Translations under genes and position numbers: made by a program
The notes under the pieces: model-generated
What the model was told of the DNA's origin: nothing
The model's input: the letters and a program-made list of their open reading frames with translations, nothing else
Databases searched by the model: none
Assembly (NCBI GenBank): GCA_004431415.1
Contig: QPMI01000435.1
Coordinates: 265,196-329,195 of the forward strand
DNA: 64,000 bases
Direction: 5' to 3'
From: Cyanophora paradoxa CCMP329
Lineage: Eukaryota > Plantae > Glaucophyta
Part shown: one piece after another, positions 44,133 through 55,500 of the stretch
Layout of the letters: every line of letters begins with the position of its first letter
Numbering within the stretch: position 1 is the first letter of the stretch

Positions 44133-44609
44133 TCACAACGGATTGAGCGCGGCGTAGAGGGCGATTAAGTAGGCGTCGCAGAGGTCGTCGAGCTTGCCGT
44201 TTCGATCCGCGATGTCGGCGAGCTCGGCGGGTACGAGGTCGCGGCACTTGTCCACGGCGCCCCGCTTGCGCTCCTTGTAGCTCGGGTTCGAGATCTTGAA
44301 GAAGTGCTTGATGGCGCGCGGGCTCACGATCCGCGCACGCCCGTACAGCAGGGCGTGGAGCGTGCACTCGATGCAGCGATTGATTCCCGTCCTCTGGCCC
44401 TCGATCGCGATCTGGTCGGGAAGGCCGAAGGCGCTATGGCCGCGAGTAACCTCCACCAGGCGCGCAACCAGGCGGCCACAGCAGCGCGCAGACGGGAAGA
44501 GGGCGATCTTCTGCCAGTCGAGAATCTGGGATTCCTTTGTCTGCGGATCGAATTCGATGAGGCACCATGCGAAATTGATGACCCCCACATCCACGCCGAG
44601 GATCTTCAT
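44133..44609 (-). CDS. RuvC-like Holliday junction resolvase (poxvirus A22 family)
   Basis: ILGVDVGVINFAWC, IAIEGQ, ERK..AV, KLDDLCDAYL catalytic motifs. Confidence 0.92.
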   Translation of the reverse strand: MKILGVDVGVINFAWCLIEFDPQTKESQILDWQKIALFPSARCCGRLVARLVEVTRGHSAFGLPDQIAIEGQRTGINRCIECTLHALLYGRARIVSPRAIKHFFKISNPSYKERKRGAVDKCRDLVPAELADIADRNGKLDDLCDAYLIALYAALNPL

Positions 44610-44641
44610 CCCAGGGTCGCAAGAAAATCTGAATGAAGGGG

Positions 44642-44854
44642 ATGGCAGAGGCCTGGGCGGAAAAATTCATCCGGATGGTGCATCGACATTACCGAGATGA
44701 GTTCTTCAGCTCAGACTACAGCCAAAGCGTTCCAGACATTCTGAGCGATTTCGAAAGCTGCATTAGAGAGGGCTGCGCGCTGCTAGGTATCGACTACGAG
44801 GACCTGGAGCTAGGTATCGACTACGAGGACCTGGAGCACCCTCGAAAAATCTGA
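44642..44854 (+). CDS. Small acidic hypothetical protein
   Basis: Intact ORF with 27-bp tandem duplication (LGIDYEDLE x2). Confidence 0.5.
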   Translation: MAEAWAEKFIRMVHRHYRDEFFSSDYSQSVPDILSDFESCIREGCALLGIDYEDLELGIDYEDLEHPRKI

Positions 44855-44867
44855 ATGAAGGGGTAAA

Positions 44868-45938
44868 ATGGCCAAGGACCCCAAGAAGCCGAAGAAGCCG
44901 AAGGCGGCCAAGCCCCAGCCCGCCCAGCCCGCAGGCGCAGCGCCCGCGGCCCCCGCCCCCGCCGGCCAGGCCACCGGCACGGGCTCGGGCACGGCCCCCG
45001 CCGCCGGCGCCAGCTGCGCCATGGGCATGACAGAGGACGGCCAGCAGCTCACGCCCGAGCAGGTCAACGCCTTCCTCGACAACTCGAAGACGGGAGGCAT
45101 CGAGCGCATGGCCTGCCTGCCCGAGCTCAAGTGGTTCGACGTGAACACCGTCAAGTCCGACGCCACGGTCGTCTGCGTCGGCAAGCGGCGCACGGGCAAG
45201 TCCTTCTTCCTCCGCGATCTCATGTTCAACCTCTCCGGCACCTTCCCGGGGGGTATCGTGATCAGCCAGACCGATCGCCTGAACGGCTACTGGAAGCAGT
45301 ACATCCCGCAGCGCTTCATCTGGCCCAAGTACAACCCGGGCGTGCTCTTCCATTTATTCAGGAGGCAGCAGGCGATCATGCAGCACAACAAGTCCGAAGA
45401 CGTGCTCGCGGGAAAGGAGGATCCCGTCGACCCGCGATTTTTCGTGCTGCTCGACGACGTGATTTCCGACGCTCGGCTGCGGTACGACGAGGCCCTCAAC
45501 GAGCTCTTCGTGGCGGGGCGCCACTACAAAATCATGACCCTTATCACGACGCAGTATGCCAAGGGCATCAATCCCGTCCTGCGCTCCAATACTGATCTGG
45601 CTGTCATTTTCAAGTGCTCGCAGGCGATGCAGCGCGAGGCCCTCGCAAAGGAGTGGGGCGACATCATCTCCCAGCGCGCCTTCTACTACCTGCTCGATAA
45701 GTACACGCAGGATAACCACTGCCTTATCATCGATTCTTCCAACAACTCTACGAACCCTCTGGACGTTTTGTACGTCTACAAGGCCGAGGAGCCGCCCCCC
45801 TTCCGCATCGGATCCAAGGAGTACTGGGAGGGCGAAACCGTCAACGGAGAAAATCTCGTGGGTCCGGACGACGGCACGGTGGACAAGACGCTCCTCGGCA
45901 TGATAGATAATTTCAGGAAGCACCGCGGCCTCGCCTGA
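44868..45938 (+). CDS. A32-like (FtsK/HerA) genome packaging ATPase
   Basis: VGKRRTGKS Walker A, FVLLDDV Walker B, GRHYKI, TTQY, LRSNTD. Confidence 0.95.
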   Translation: MAKDPKKPKKPKAAKPQPAQPAGAAPAAPAPAGQATGTGSGTAPAAGASCAMGMTEDGQQLTPEQVNAFLDNSKTGGIERMACLPELKWFDVNTVKSDATVVCVGKRRTGKSFFLRDLMFNLSGTFPGGIVISQTDRLNGYWKQYIPQRFIWPKYNPGVLFHLFRRQQAIMQHNKSEDVLAGKEDPVDPRFFVLLDDVISDARLRYDEALNELFVAGRHYKIMTLITTQYAKGINPVLRSNTDLAVIFKCSQAMQREALAKEWGDIISQRAFYYLLDKYTQDNHCLIIDSSNNSTNPLDVLYVYKAEEPPPFRIGSKEYWEGETVNGENLVGPDDGTVDKTLLGMIDNFRKHRGLA

Positions 45939-45964
45939 TTTTTTCTGAGGCTTCGTGCGTAAGC

Positions 45965-46314
45965 ATGTCGCCCAGCGCCCACATCGCCTCCGTCTTCCGC
46001 GTCGAGTCCATCGCTTACGACTGCCTCCTGGAGGCGAGCCTCGACCCCTCCTCGCCCTTTAACGACGGCGAGGTCAGCAGCGCCCTGGAGAGGATCTGCG
46101 ACGCGCTGGAATTAACTGGGAGCGCCTGACCGCGGAGGCGGCGGACGAGGCCGCGGCCGAGTCGCTGGGCAGTGAGGACACCAGCTCGGAGGAGATGACA
46201 GACGAAGAGGGAGACAGGGTGATTTACGTGCGCGACCCGGACGATTTTGCGACCTCGGAATCGGGCTCGGAGGAGGAGGCAGAGGAGACCGAGGACGAGG
46301 ACTCCGACGCCTAG
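45965..46314 (+). CDS. Small acidic protein (one frameshift)
   Basis: MSPSAHIAS... joins INWERL...EDEDSDA; upstream TTTTCTGA. Confidence 0.5.
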
Positions 46315-46349
46315 GCGCGCCCCTTAAAAATTTCCGAGGCGCTAGGAAA

Positions 46350-46694
46350 ATGTCAAAGGTGCTCCTAGGGCTCTCCCAGGCTATCGTGCAGTACGCCCTC
46401 GGCCTGGCATCCGGCTCCCTCATCGACGCCGCCTTCTCCTCGCACGAAGGCGAAAACAGGGCGGGCCACGCAGCCGAGCTCGCCGCGCAAGTCGCCGTCA
46501 ACGGCCTCTCCCTCGGCCTGCTCTCGAAATACGTGCTCACCCTCAAGTTCTTCGACGACGACCCCACCGGCGGAATTATGTTCATCCTCGGATTCACACA
46601 CGGGCAGACGAACATGCTAATCAAGGCTACCAGCGCCAGCTTCGGAATCAAGCAGGCGCTCGAGCGGAAGGCCGCCGCGATCACTAAAGAGTAG
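46350..46694 (+). CDS. Multi-pass membrane protein, candidate inner envelope protein
   Basis: 114 aa with three hydrophobic segments and DDPTGGIMFILG. Confidence 0.6.
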   Translation: MSKVLLGLSQAIVQYALGLASGSLIDAAFSSHEGENRAGHAAELAAQVAVNGLSLGLLSKYVLTLKFFDDDPTGGIMFILGFTHGQTNMLIKATSASFGIKQALERKAAAITKE

Positions 46695-47652
46695 CTAAAG
46701 AGTAGGAAAGAAATGCCAGTCGTTGTACTCGCAGATCCTGTTCCAAATCGAATCTAACTCCGAGAGTTTCTGCCTGCTCTTGAGCAAGGGGAAAAAGGGA
46801 GGTGCTGGGCAAATCCAGCAGCACGAAAATCTGCCTGAAAACGTAATTGTAGTTGAGCATGTTCTTCCTGCCCTGCGACTTGAACATGCTGAAGGGACCT
46901 CCACCAGGGCGAACATCTCCTGCACCCGGTCCATGTCCTCCGCGCTCATCGGAGGCGGGCGCTCGCCCGTGATGCGCCACTTGATCTGCGCCCAGCGCTC
47001 GATGTACTTCTGCTGCTTCAGAGCCCGGAGAACTTGGCGGATATTGTCTTTGCTCCACTCCTTCCCCGCCATGCGCCTCGCAATAGCTGCCAGCACGTCC
47101 TCGGGTACCGGAGAATCCTCCAGGCAGTGCTGCTTAAGTCGCTCGGAAACGTGGTACTTGCGCAGGTAGTTGCTGTGGAGCTCGCTGACAGCCAGGGGTT
47201 GATGGTCCGGATAATAAAGATCCAGGACCAGACCGCAGCCTTGGCAAACCAGATCCCCATCCAGGTGAACACCAACGAGGGCGGTAGAGCTGCAATTTCC
47301 GCAGGGGACAGCGGCTTCGCCTTGGGGGCCTTGGGTGCGGCGGTTGCGCTTGCGGGGCGCTCTCCGGCCCCGAGGTAGGAGTTGGCGATGGCGGCGGCGG
47401 CGGCGGGGTACGGTGCCGGAGTGTCGAAGTCTGGGTCCCCCTCGTCGTGAAGGATGGCGCCGTAGCGCTGGATCTGCTCGAAGTTTCGGAGGAGGAGATC
47501 GATTTCGTTAGAGTCTGCCATTCCTCTGAGTCCTCGTACTGCAGCTGAGCTATTCCCCTGCAGAACCAACAGGTTGGCTTCTCAGAGGAGAGTGGGTCCC
47601 ACTTGCAAGTGAGGAAGCACTTGTTGCAGAAGGCGTTGCTCAGGTGATTCAT
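46695..47652 (-). CDS. VLTF3-like late transcription factor (several frameshifts)
   Basis: N-terminal Cys clusters; IRQVLRALKQQKYIE, RKNMLNYNYVFRQI, FPLLKSRQKL..DSIWNRIC...W.F.PT signature. Confidence 0.9.
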
Positions 47653-47751
47653 GTGAGGCTCAGGTGATGCTCAGGTGAGGTGCGGACGTACCCCGGGCCC
47701 CACGTGGAAGCTCACCCCAGCCTCGGAAAATTTTCTAGGCCTTGGTCTGAC

Positions 47752-48592
47752 ATGCTCAACCTCATCGCGAGGGGCGTGGCAGCAAACAGGCAAGCCCGGG
47801 CACCGAACCCTCACCTCCGCATGGACGCCTCCGGCCGCTCCCGGGTAGAGACGCACATCGTGGTGGGCAACATCAACGACAAGGTGCTGGCGCCCGACAA
47901 GACGTGGTTCCAGAAGGTGCTGGACGCGGCGCCCGTGAGGAAACTGAACGGGGAGGATCGGCCGCAGCGCGAGTCGAATTTCATGATCACCATCCAGACC
48001 AACTACAAGCCGCGGAGCAGGGGAGAGGGCTCCAAGGTGCAGGACGCGTTTCACAGGGGCTGGAGGCCCTCTTCTACGACGACAGGCAGCTGGCGCGGTG
48101 CATAAAGATGGGGGTGTACCCCGACAAGGCGAACCCCAAGGGCTTCGATTTCAAGTCCGACCAGTACGACACGCACGTGGAGAAGGGCAACGCGAACATC
48201 GGCATCGAGTACGGGCCGCGGTCGGGGCGGCTCCACGCGCACATCCTGCTCACGCTGGTGCACTACTCGCGCGTGCAATTCGACGGCAAGAAGGCGTCGG
48301 ATTTCCTCATCAAGTTCATGCAAACGGAGGGCAGGGCGGCCTGCCGAATTTCTACAAGGACGACTGGTTCGGGGAGGAGTACCAGAAGACGGCGGTGCGG
48401 CCGATACGGAGAAAGGACGCCCTCGGCATGCAGTGGACGGGCAAGGAGACGGGCTACAGGAAGCGAGAAACCGCCAGGCAGATGCACGTAGACGTAAAAT
48501 TGCTGCCGCAGAGCAACCTTAAGGATCTGCTGCAGCTGTACATTACGAAGACGGTAGAGGCCCTCGAGACGGGCGCTGTAAAGCTCGTGTAA
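47752..48592 (+). CDS. HUH (rolling-circle Rep-like) endonuclease, short form (two frameshifts)
   Basis: Motif I SNFMITIQTN, motif II EYG...RLHAHILL, motif III LYITK. Confidence 0.85.
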
Positions 48593-48613
48593 ATTTTTTC
48601 TCGTGTCCAATAA

Positions 48614-50643
48614 ATGCCTCCGAAGCGCCGAGGCCGCAAGAAGAAGCCAGAGAGCTCGAGCGAGTCAGAGGAAGAGGAGCCCACGTCCCCGTCCTCCGAG
48701 TCGGAGGAAGAAGAGGAGGAAGAGGAAGAGGAGCCGGAGCCTAAGCCGAAGGGCAAGGGCAAGGGAAGGGAAAGGGAAAGGCAAAGGGAAACGCGCCCGA
48801 TACCGGCGTGGACGAGCTCGAGACGCCCGTCGTTGAGATTCCGAAGCGATACGTGCTGGTTCAGGGCGAGGACGGCATATTCCAGCAGCAGAAGAGCATA
48901 TCCGATTACATCAAGCTCTCGGCCACCAAAGAAGTTCAGATGCTCCCATCGCTGCTCGATAAATCATACCACGAGCCCGCGACCCTCTGGAGCATCCACA
49001 GCGAAATCGAGTACGATAAACTCCCCGAGGAGCGACTGCGCGCCATACCGCGCACGTACCAGAGCGCGCAGAAATCGCCGCCAATCTGCTACCGCTGCCT
49101 TCGCCTCATGTACGAAGCCACGCCCGTGCCGAGCGCCAAGGGGGCCAACACGCCAGAGAAAATCGCCGCGAGGGAGGCAGCGCAGGCGAGGAAGGATGCC
49201 GTGTACGAAGAGTACGTCGCGGTCATAGAGAAGGCAAACGCGTGGGCGGCCAAGCAAAACGGCAAGGGAAAGAAAAAGGGCCAGGAGCCGTACCCCCTCA
49301 TCAAGGACAAGAAGCCGGCGCAGGTGCCCACGGTGTCGCCCAGAAACTCGTGGCTCTGCCAGAAGTGCGTCACGCTGCTCGGCAACAAGGGCCTGCTCGT
49401 GATCTTGGGCCTGCAGAGGCGAAAGAGGGGCGACACGGCCACCGTCTCCAAGCAGACGCGCGACCACATGGTCGAGAGCGTGCTCGGCGGGCCGAAGCCA
49501 AAGACCACGAAAAAGGCAAAGGATACGGCCGCTGACTTCGGATCGTCCGTCATCGAGCCCAACTCTGCGCAGTCGAAAATCAGAAAGGCGAAAATCGTGG
49601 CGCCGAGCATGGAAGATTTAATGGCAACCTTCGCGGACGCGCAAGAGGTAAAGCAGAACATAGAGAAGGCGAAAACGGGACTGCAGGCGGCGCAGGCAAA
49701 CGGGCTGGAGGCGCTCGAGAAGGTGATCACGGAAATCAGCGAGACGGGGCGGTCGGTCTTCATCCTCAACAAAAAGAATCCCGACGGAAGCACGCGGTAC
49801 GACATACGACAGGCGCGCCAGTCGCGCTACTGGGTGCTCTTCAACACCCACAAGCGCCTGGGAGAGGCGCGAGAATTCGAGGCGGCGGCGCTGCGCGACA
49901 GCCTCGCAGAGGTGCTCTCGGATGCAGAATTCTACAAGTTCATACGCTTCAATATGAAGGAAGAGAACGGCAAGTACAAGGACGACACGTACGCCAACGC
50001 AATCATCGGAATTCGCGTGCAAGGGGGCGTGGAGGTGGGGCCGACGGACGGCGCGCTGCACGCCCACGTGCTGGTGACGATCGATCACATATCGAATTTG
50101 CAGGTGCTGTGGGCGAATTACGACTGGGTGGTGCTGCTGAAGGAGAAGGAGCCGAGCACCACGACGGTGTACGAGCGGCTGCACCAAATTCTGTCCGCGA
50201 AATTCACGGCGGCGGGGCAGCGCCTCGTAGACCAGAAGAGGGCAGAGGCAGGGCCTCAACCGAGCATCGATACGATGGTGGAAATCGCAGAGCTCGAGCG
50301 CATGCTGACGGAAGAGAAGATAGGCATGGGGAAAGATCCGCCCACCGTCCTTGCGTCGCTGATCCCAGAGGAAAATTACGCGAGCAAGCTGCAGGAGTAC
50401 CTCTCAAAGACGCTGCCCGACAAGCAGAGGCGCGATTTACTGAAAGAGTGGTCGCACGCGCGAAACACGAACAACACCGACAACAACACGGACGGGTACC
50501 TCTTCACGATTTTCCAGGCGGACGCCGGCCAGGCGGACGATCCCCGCTTCGCGCCGCAGGCCGCGGAAATCGGCGACCTGAGGGCCAGGGGCCGAGGGCG
50601 CGGCAAAGGCAAGGGGCGCGGAAGGGGAAGGGGTAGCGGATAA
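48614..50643 (+). CDS. HUH endonuclease, long form, with acidic/basic N-terminus and CxxC pairs (frameshift near 48770)
   Basis: SRYWVLFNTH, EVG...ALHAHVLV, EYLSK; CYRC and CQKC upstream; RG-rich tail. Confidence 0.85.
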
Positions 50644-50665
50644 TAAATCTGACGGGCCCGCGAAA

Positions 50666-50932
50666 ATGTTCCAGGGGAATGCACCCACTCGGACATCATC
50701 ACCGTCGTCTGCGGCGCGCTCTTCCTGGTCTCGGAGCTGCTGGGCGGCACGGAGCGCGTCGGCCCCAACACAGTGCTGGGCGCCCTGAAGGCGGCGGCCC
50801 TTAGGGTCGTCCGCCGCGGACAGCCCGAGCCCGAACCCCCACCGGAGCAGCAGAGGCGCGAGAGCACGCAGAACATAGGGCCGCACCACGTCGACATTCA
50901 GATGACGCAAACCGGTACCCGTTTTTTTCTAG
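50666..50932 (+). CDS. Small membrane protein, holin-like motif (frameshifted; end approximate)
   Basis: IITVVCGALFLVSELLG....PNTVL. Confidence 0.45.
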
Positions 50933-50944
50933 AGAACATGGGAA

Positions 50945-51294
50945 ATGGAGACTCCCGCGACACCAGCCCCCAGCGCAGAGGCTCCAGCGCCCAGCAACTC
51001 CAGCAGCAGCACCGCGGCCTACCCTTGGCTTCTTAGGACTTACGCGCGAAAGAAGCAGCAGCAGCCGAAGGCACCGGCGGAAATGGCGGCTGACCTGGAT
51101 CGGTGCACCCGCCGCGCCATCGCGAGCTACGCCAAGCGCGTCGAGCAGTACCACCCCAGATGGCAGAGGACGCCCGGGCGTACGCGAAGAACCCCGCCGC
51201 GAGCCCGCCCGTGATGGCCGCCGTCATCGACCGGCTGCAGTGGGCGCTGCACGAGGAGGGAGAGCGCGTCAGGAATTTCTTCATGCCCAAGTAA
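50945..51294 (+). CDS. Hypothetical protein (one frameshift)
   Basis: Overlapping ORFs 50945-51214 and 51103-51294; upstream TTTTCTAG. Confidence 0.5.
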
Positions 51295-51316
51295 ATTTCT
51301 GAATGGGCCCTTAACA

Positions 51317-51505
51317 ATGTCGTCCATGCTCCCGAGCCTCGATGATATCACCAGCGATTCCCGCTACCTGGGCAGCCTGCTGACCCTCGGCGCGGTCGCC
51401 TACATGTCGCCCGCGCGCTACTACCTCGTGCGGATCCTCGCCGCGCAGTTCGCGGGCTACTACTTCGTGGGGCCCTACCTCCTCAACGGCCTGAGGAAGG
51501 CATAA
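51317..51505 (+). CDS. Small two-helix membrane protein
   Basis: 62 aa hydrophobic ORF; upstream ATTTCTGA. Confidence 0.6.
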   Translation: MSSMLPSLDDITSDSRYLGSLLTLGAVAYMSPARYYLVRILAAQFAGYYFVGPYLLNGLRKA

Positions 51506-51528
51506 TTTCTCAGGCCCCTTCCTAAATA

Positions 51529-51978
51529 ATGTCCTGCGTCAACCTCTACGTCCAGTCGAACGGAGAGACGCAGGATTCCGAGGGCTTCTGGCGCCTCAGG
51601 CTGAACCAGATCCCCGCCGACATCGACACGCTGCAGATCAAGGGCGTCTACCTGGAGCTGGACACGACCGCGATTCCGGACCCCACCGCCGCGAAAACCG
51701 TCAACGTTCTGCTGATGGACGTGCCCGACTTGAACGTCACGACCATCTCGAACGTCAACACGTGCATCAACAAGGTCGTGATCCCGACGTGGGGCCACGA
51801 CGGCCTCGAGAACACCATCCTCTACTGGTTCGAGGTGCCCATGGCCGTGCGCCCGAACTACGTCGCGTACGACAAGTTCCAGGAGCTGCGCGTGCGCTTC
51901 ACCGACATCACGGGCGCCACCAAGAAGAACAACGCCTTCATCGTCAAGAACTTCGGCCTCTGGGCCTTTGCGAAATAG
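51529..51978 (+). CDS. Candidate minor capsid protein (single jelly-roll, penton-like)
   Basis: 149 aa with alternating beta-strand pattern and ELRVRFTDITG near the C-terminus. Confidence 0.5.
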   Translation: MSCVNLYVQSNGETQDSEGFWRLRLNQIPADIDTLQIKGVYLELDTTAIPDPTAAKTVNVLLMDVPDLNVTTISNVNTCINKVVIPTWGHDGLENTILYWFEVPMAVRPNYVAYDKFQELRVRFTDITGATKKNNAFIVKNFGLWAFAK

Positions 51979-51999
51979 ATTTTCGCAGGCCCCCCTTAA

Positions 52000-52475
52000 A
52001 TGCGCCTGATCATATTCCCGCGAAAGGGCTCGGGCGTCAAGACGCGCACCTTTACGGGCGTGCCTGGCTACCCCTCGCCCCTCACTTACAGAGTCGATCT
52101 TGTAACCGCCTCTGGTCCAATTAAATACGGGCTGCTGCACAGCCTCAGTCACATCCGTCTCGGCGAGAGCGCATGGCAGGACTTGGCCTTAATCGTAGAA
52201 TTCGAGTACAGGGGGTAGACACGCTAACGGGCGAGCACGTTTACAGGGTACGGGTAGCAAGGGAGGGGTACTCGCTGCCGAACGGCACGGGCGGGGAATA
52301 CTGGGAGCCGAAAATACGCGACGCCTCCGAGGCCTACCGCTGGCTGCGTGACGAGCAGATCACTATCAGGCCCGATTACCCCTACGCCGACGTTTTCTGG
52401 CAGGTGCCCGTGGGCCGTTGGACAACGGGCGAGGTGAGCGGCAAGCTGAAGTGGACGTGGGACGCGGAGCATTAG
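52000..52475 (+). CDS. Hypothetical protein, probably one frameshifted gene
   Basis: Overlapping ORFs 52000-52218 and 52173-52475. Confidence 0.45.
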
Positions 52476-52500
52476 TTAATTTTTCTCTCTCGCGGATAAA

Positions 52501-55500
52501 ATGTCGATGCTCGACGACCCCTGGCGCATGGCCATCCCGAATCCGGACGAGGTGCTGAACGGCGCCTTCGCGATAGACGGGAGCCTGAGCGTGAGGGGAA
52601 TTTACGCGGACGAGATAAGGCTGCGCAAGGGCGCGACCTACAGCGATTTCCTGACGTCCGTCGGTACCTTGGACGATTACGGTGACCTCACCGCAATTAT
52701 CAAGGGGCTCTGGGGCGTCACGACCGAGACGGGCGTGGACTGGAACATTATTAAGAGGGCGGCCGACGTGAAAATCGCAAACTCCGTTACAGCGAAAGAC
52801 GCCACCCTGAACCTCGTGAAACTGACTCTAAAGGGCGCAGAGGGGACGTGAGGCCCGGGTACAACGCACTCGAGCGCATCGCGGGCCCCCTGCGCCACAT
52901 CTACTGGAGCCGCCAGGCGCTGCCGAGCATGGAGCCCGAGCAGTACAGGCGCGACAGGGAGGAGTTTTTCGCGTGGTTCGACCACTTCAAGGTGAACATC
53001 CGCGCCCTGAGCGCCGACAGGACGGGCGAGACGCCGGAGACGACGGGCGGGGGCCGCATCCCAACGGCACCCGACGTGCTCCCCGATCGCTCAGACTGGG
53101 CGAAGACGCAGAACTGGGCGCTGAAGGACCACTTCCACGACGAGAGGTACGCCCTCGTCAAGCACCCGCATGTGAAGGCCGACATCACGGACTGGGCGCA
53201 CCGCCACCTGTACGACGACATCATCGGCGGGCCCAAGGTGCCGGGCGCGATTCCGGGTGGGGTACGGGCGGCGGAAGCACGGGAGGTGGGGTACAGGCAC
53301 CGGGGTGGGGTACAGGCACCGGGGGTGGGGGTACAGGCACGGGGGCGGAGGGGGCTCCAGTGGCACGCCCGTGGGAGGGGCGGGGGTAGCAGCGGCTCGG
53401 GTGGCGGCGGCTCGGGCGGAGAGAGCGGCGGAGGGGGTACGCTCGTGCCGATCCTTGGTACAACAACGGGAATCTTCGGCGCGGCCCTGATTGCAGGCGG
53501 TGCAAAGTACTACAGGGATCGGAAGGCGTACGAAAGGGACATTGCAGAGCTGCAGAAAGATAACAAAACGATCGTTTACTCAGACGAGCAGGTGAGAATA
53601 CTGGCAGAGGAGCTGAAGACAAGGGAGCGGCAATTTAACGAAATGAGGACAGCGGCCGAGAAAAAGATAGCGGACGATTTGAAAGAGGCGAGCGATAGAA
53701 TTGAGAAATCCCTGGAGGCCGAGGAGAAAGCCGAGATCCGGAAGAGAGAGGCCGATAGGATCGTGGAAAACGCGATAAGGGAGGCAAAGGAGCAGGCAAG
53801 GACCGAGCTGGAGAAACTGGACATGGAAATAGCAAACAAGGTCAACATAGCAAACGAGGTCGAAGAGGGCACAAAGATGCTGGACGATGAGCGAAAGGCA
53901 GCGGAGGAGCAAGCCAGAAAAGCAAAGGAGGATTTAAGGCAGCTCGAACTGCGAGAACAGGAGAGGCAGAAGGCAGAGGGGCTCGCATCCACCATACGAT
54001 TCAACCTAGAGCAGCAAGTGAAAACGCTGACGGCCGAGCTGCAGAGGATAGGGACGGCTGTGCCAAGGGGCACAATGGAGACGCAGACGACGCCAAGGCC
54101 CGATCCAAGGCCGGCCGCCGAGAGGCTGCCCTTCGCGCGGCTGGGTAGGAGCGACCAGGTGGAAGAGCTCATTGGCCTCACGCTCGAGGATCAGAGGGCC
54201 CTCTTCGACGCGTTAGAGCAGCGGCGCAGGGCGGACGAGGAGGCAGCTGCCAAGACAGAAGAGGAACGACTGAAGGCAATGCAAACTGCATCAGACGAGG
54301 AATTTGCACGGCTGGAGGAGCCGAAGGTAGCGGAGCGTAAGCGACGACTGGAGACGTTCAGGGGGGCGCAGATGGATTTTTACCGCTCGGAGCTCAAAAG
54401 ACTGAAAGAAGGAAATGCATCGGGGGACAGGCTCCGCGCCATGGAAGAGAACATGCGCGACTTTAGCTACGTTATGGATCAGCTGACGGGAAGGGGTCAG
54501 AAAGACGCCGAAGAACTGAGGAGAAAGATGGCCGATGAGAAGTGGAAAAACTTTGAGCGTCAGGCTGTTCAGAGGCCCATCAGCGATGCCATCTGGATAG
54601 CATACGGCGACGTGGAGGAGATGCACAGAGAACTGCGGACGGAAGCGAGCCTGTGGCGGGGAGCCCTCGAATGGTCACTGTACCGGATACAAAAGGGGAG
54701 TTTTTGGCAGAGCTGCGAGCCAATCCGAAAACGGTGAGCGCGGGCGCACAGAGCGCGTACCTCTCCATGGTCGATTACGTGGGCAAGCTGAGCAAATTTT
54801 GGGAAATGCGAAGAGCCATCATTCCAGCGGAGGGGCTCGCGCAGTACGATGCCATGGTGCGCGATCTGGAGGCCTTCAAACGTGAGCACCCACCCGCCAA
54901 ATACAAGATTCACATAGATACGACGGCATTCATGGGCGATCTAAGGAAGAGAGGAGACGAGGCCAAGAGTCAGATCGAGGAGCGCTACAGAAAGGCCAAG
55001 CGGACAAGGAGTACGCAAACAGGGTGATCGAAGAGCGGAAGCAGCAAGCCAAGGAGAACGCGGCGAGACGCAACGCCGAGATAGAAGAGCAGAGGCGGAA
55101 GATCGCAGAGCGCAAGGCGGCAGAGGAAGAGGCAAGAAAGACCAAGGTAGAGACAGAGTACCAAGCATTGAAACGGGAGGCCAATCAAATATTAAAACGA
55201 AGGGAAGGCGTACGCCGATGAGGGCGCGGCGTCGGCTTGGCCAGCCCAGACGACATCACACTCGCGAGAGGGACGACGTTTCCGTGGAGGAGATGCGCCG
55301 GGCACCGCCGCCTGCCTCCGAGGGCGTGTTTCAGACGCTCGACAGGCGCGTGATGGGCGACTCGGACGTTATTTTGCGCAACGCCCTCATGCCCTACGGC
55401 GACTGGAACCGCGCCACCGCCGACGCCCTCGCCGATTTCGACCTCGAGCGATTCACCACCAAAGAGCAGCGCGACGCGTACCTGGGGCGCCCGAGGGCAA

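Noticed and set aside
39143-48592. Programmed ribosomal frameshifting or introns explaining split viral genes
   Set aside because: Breaks are too numerous and the checked ones are single-base homopolymer losses without slippery-site or splice signals
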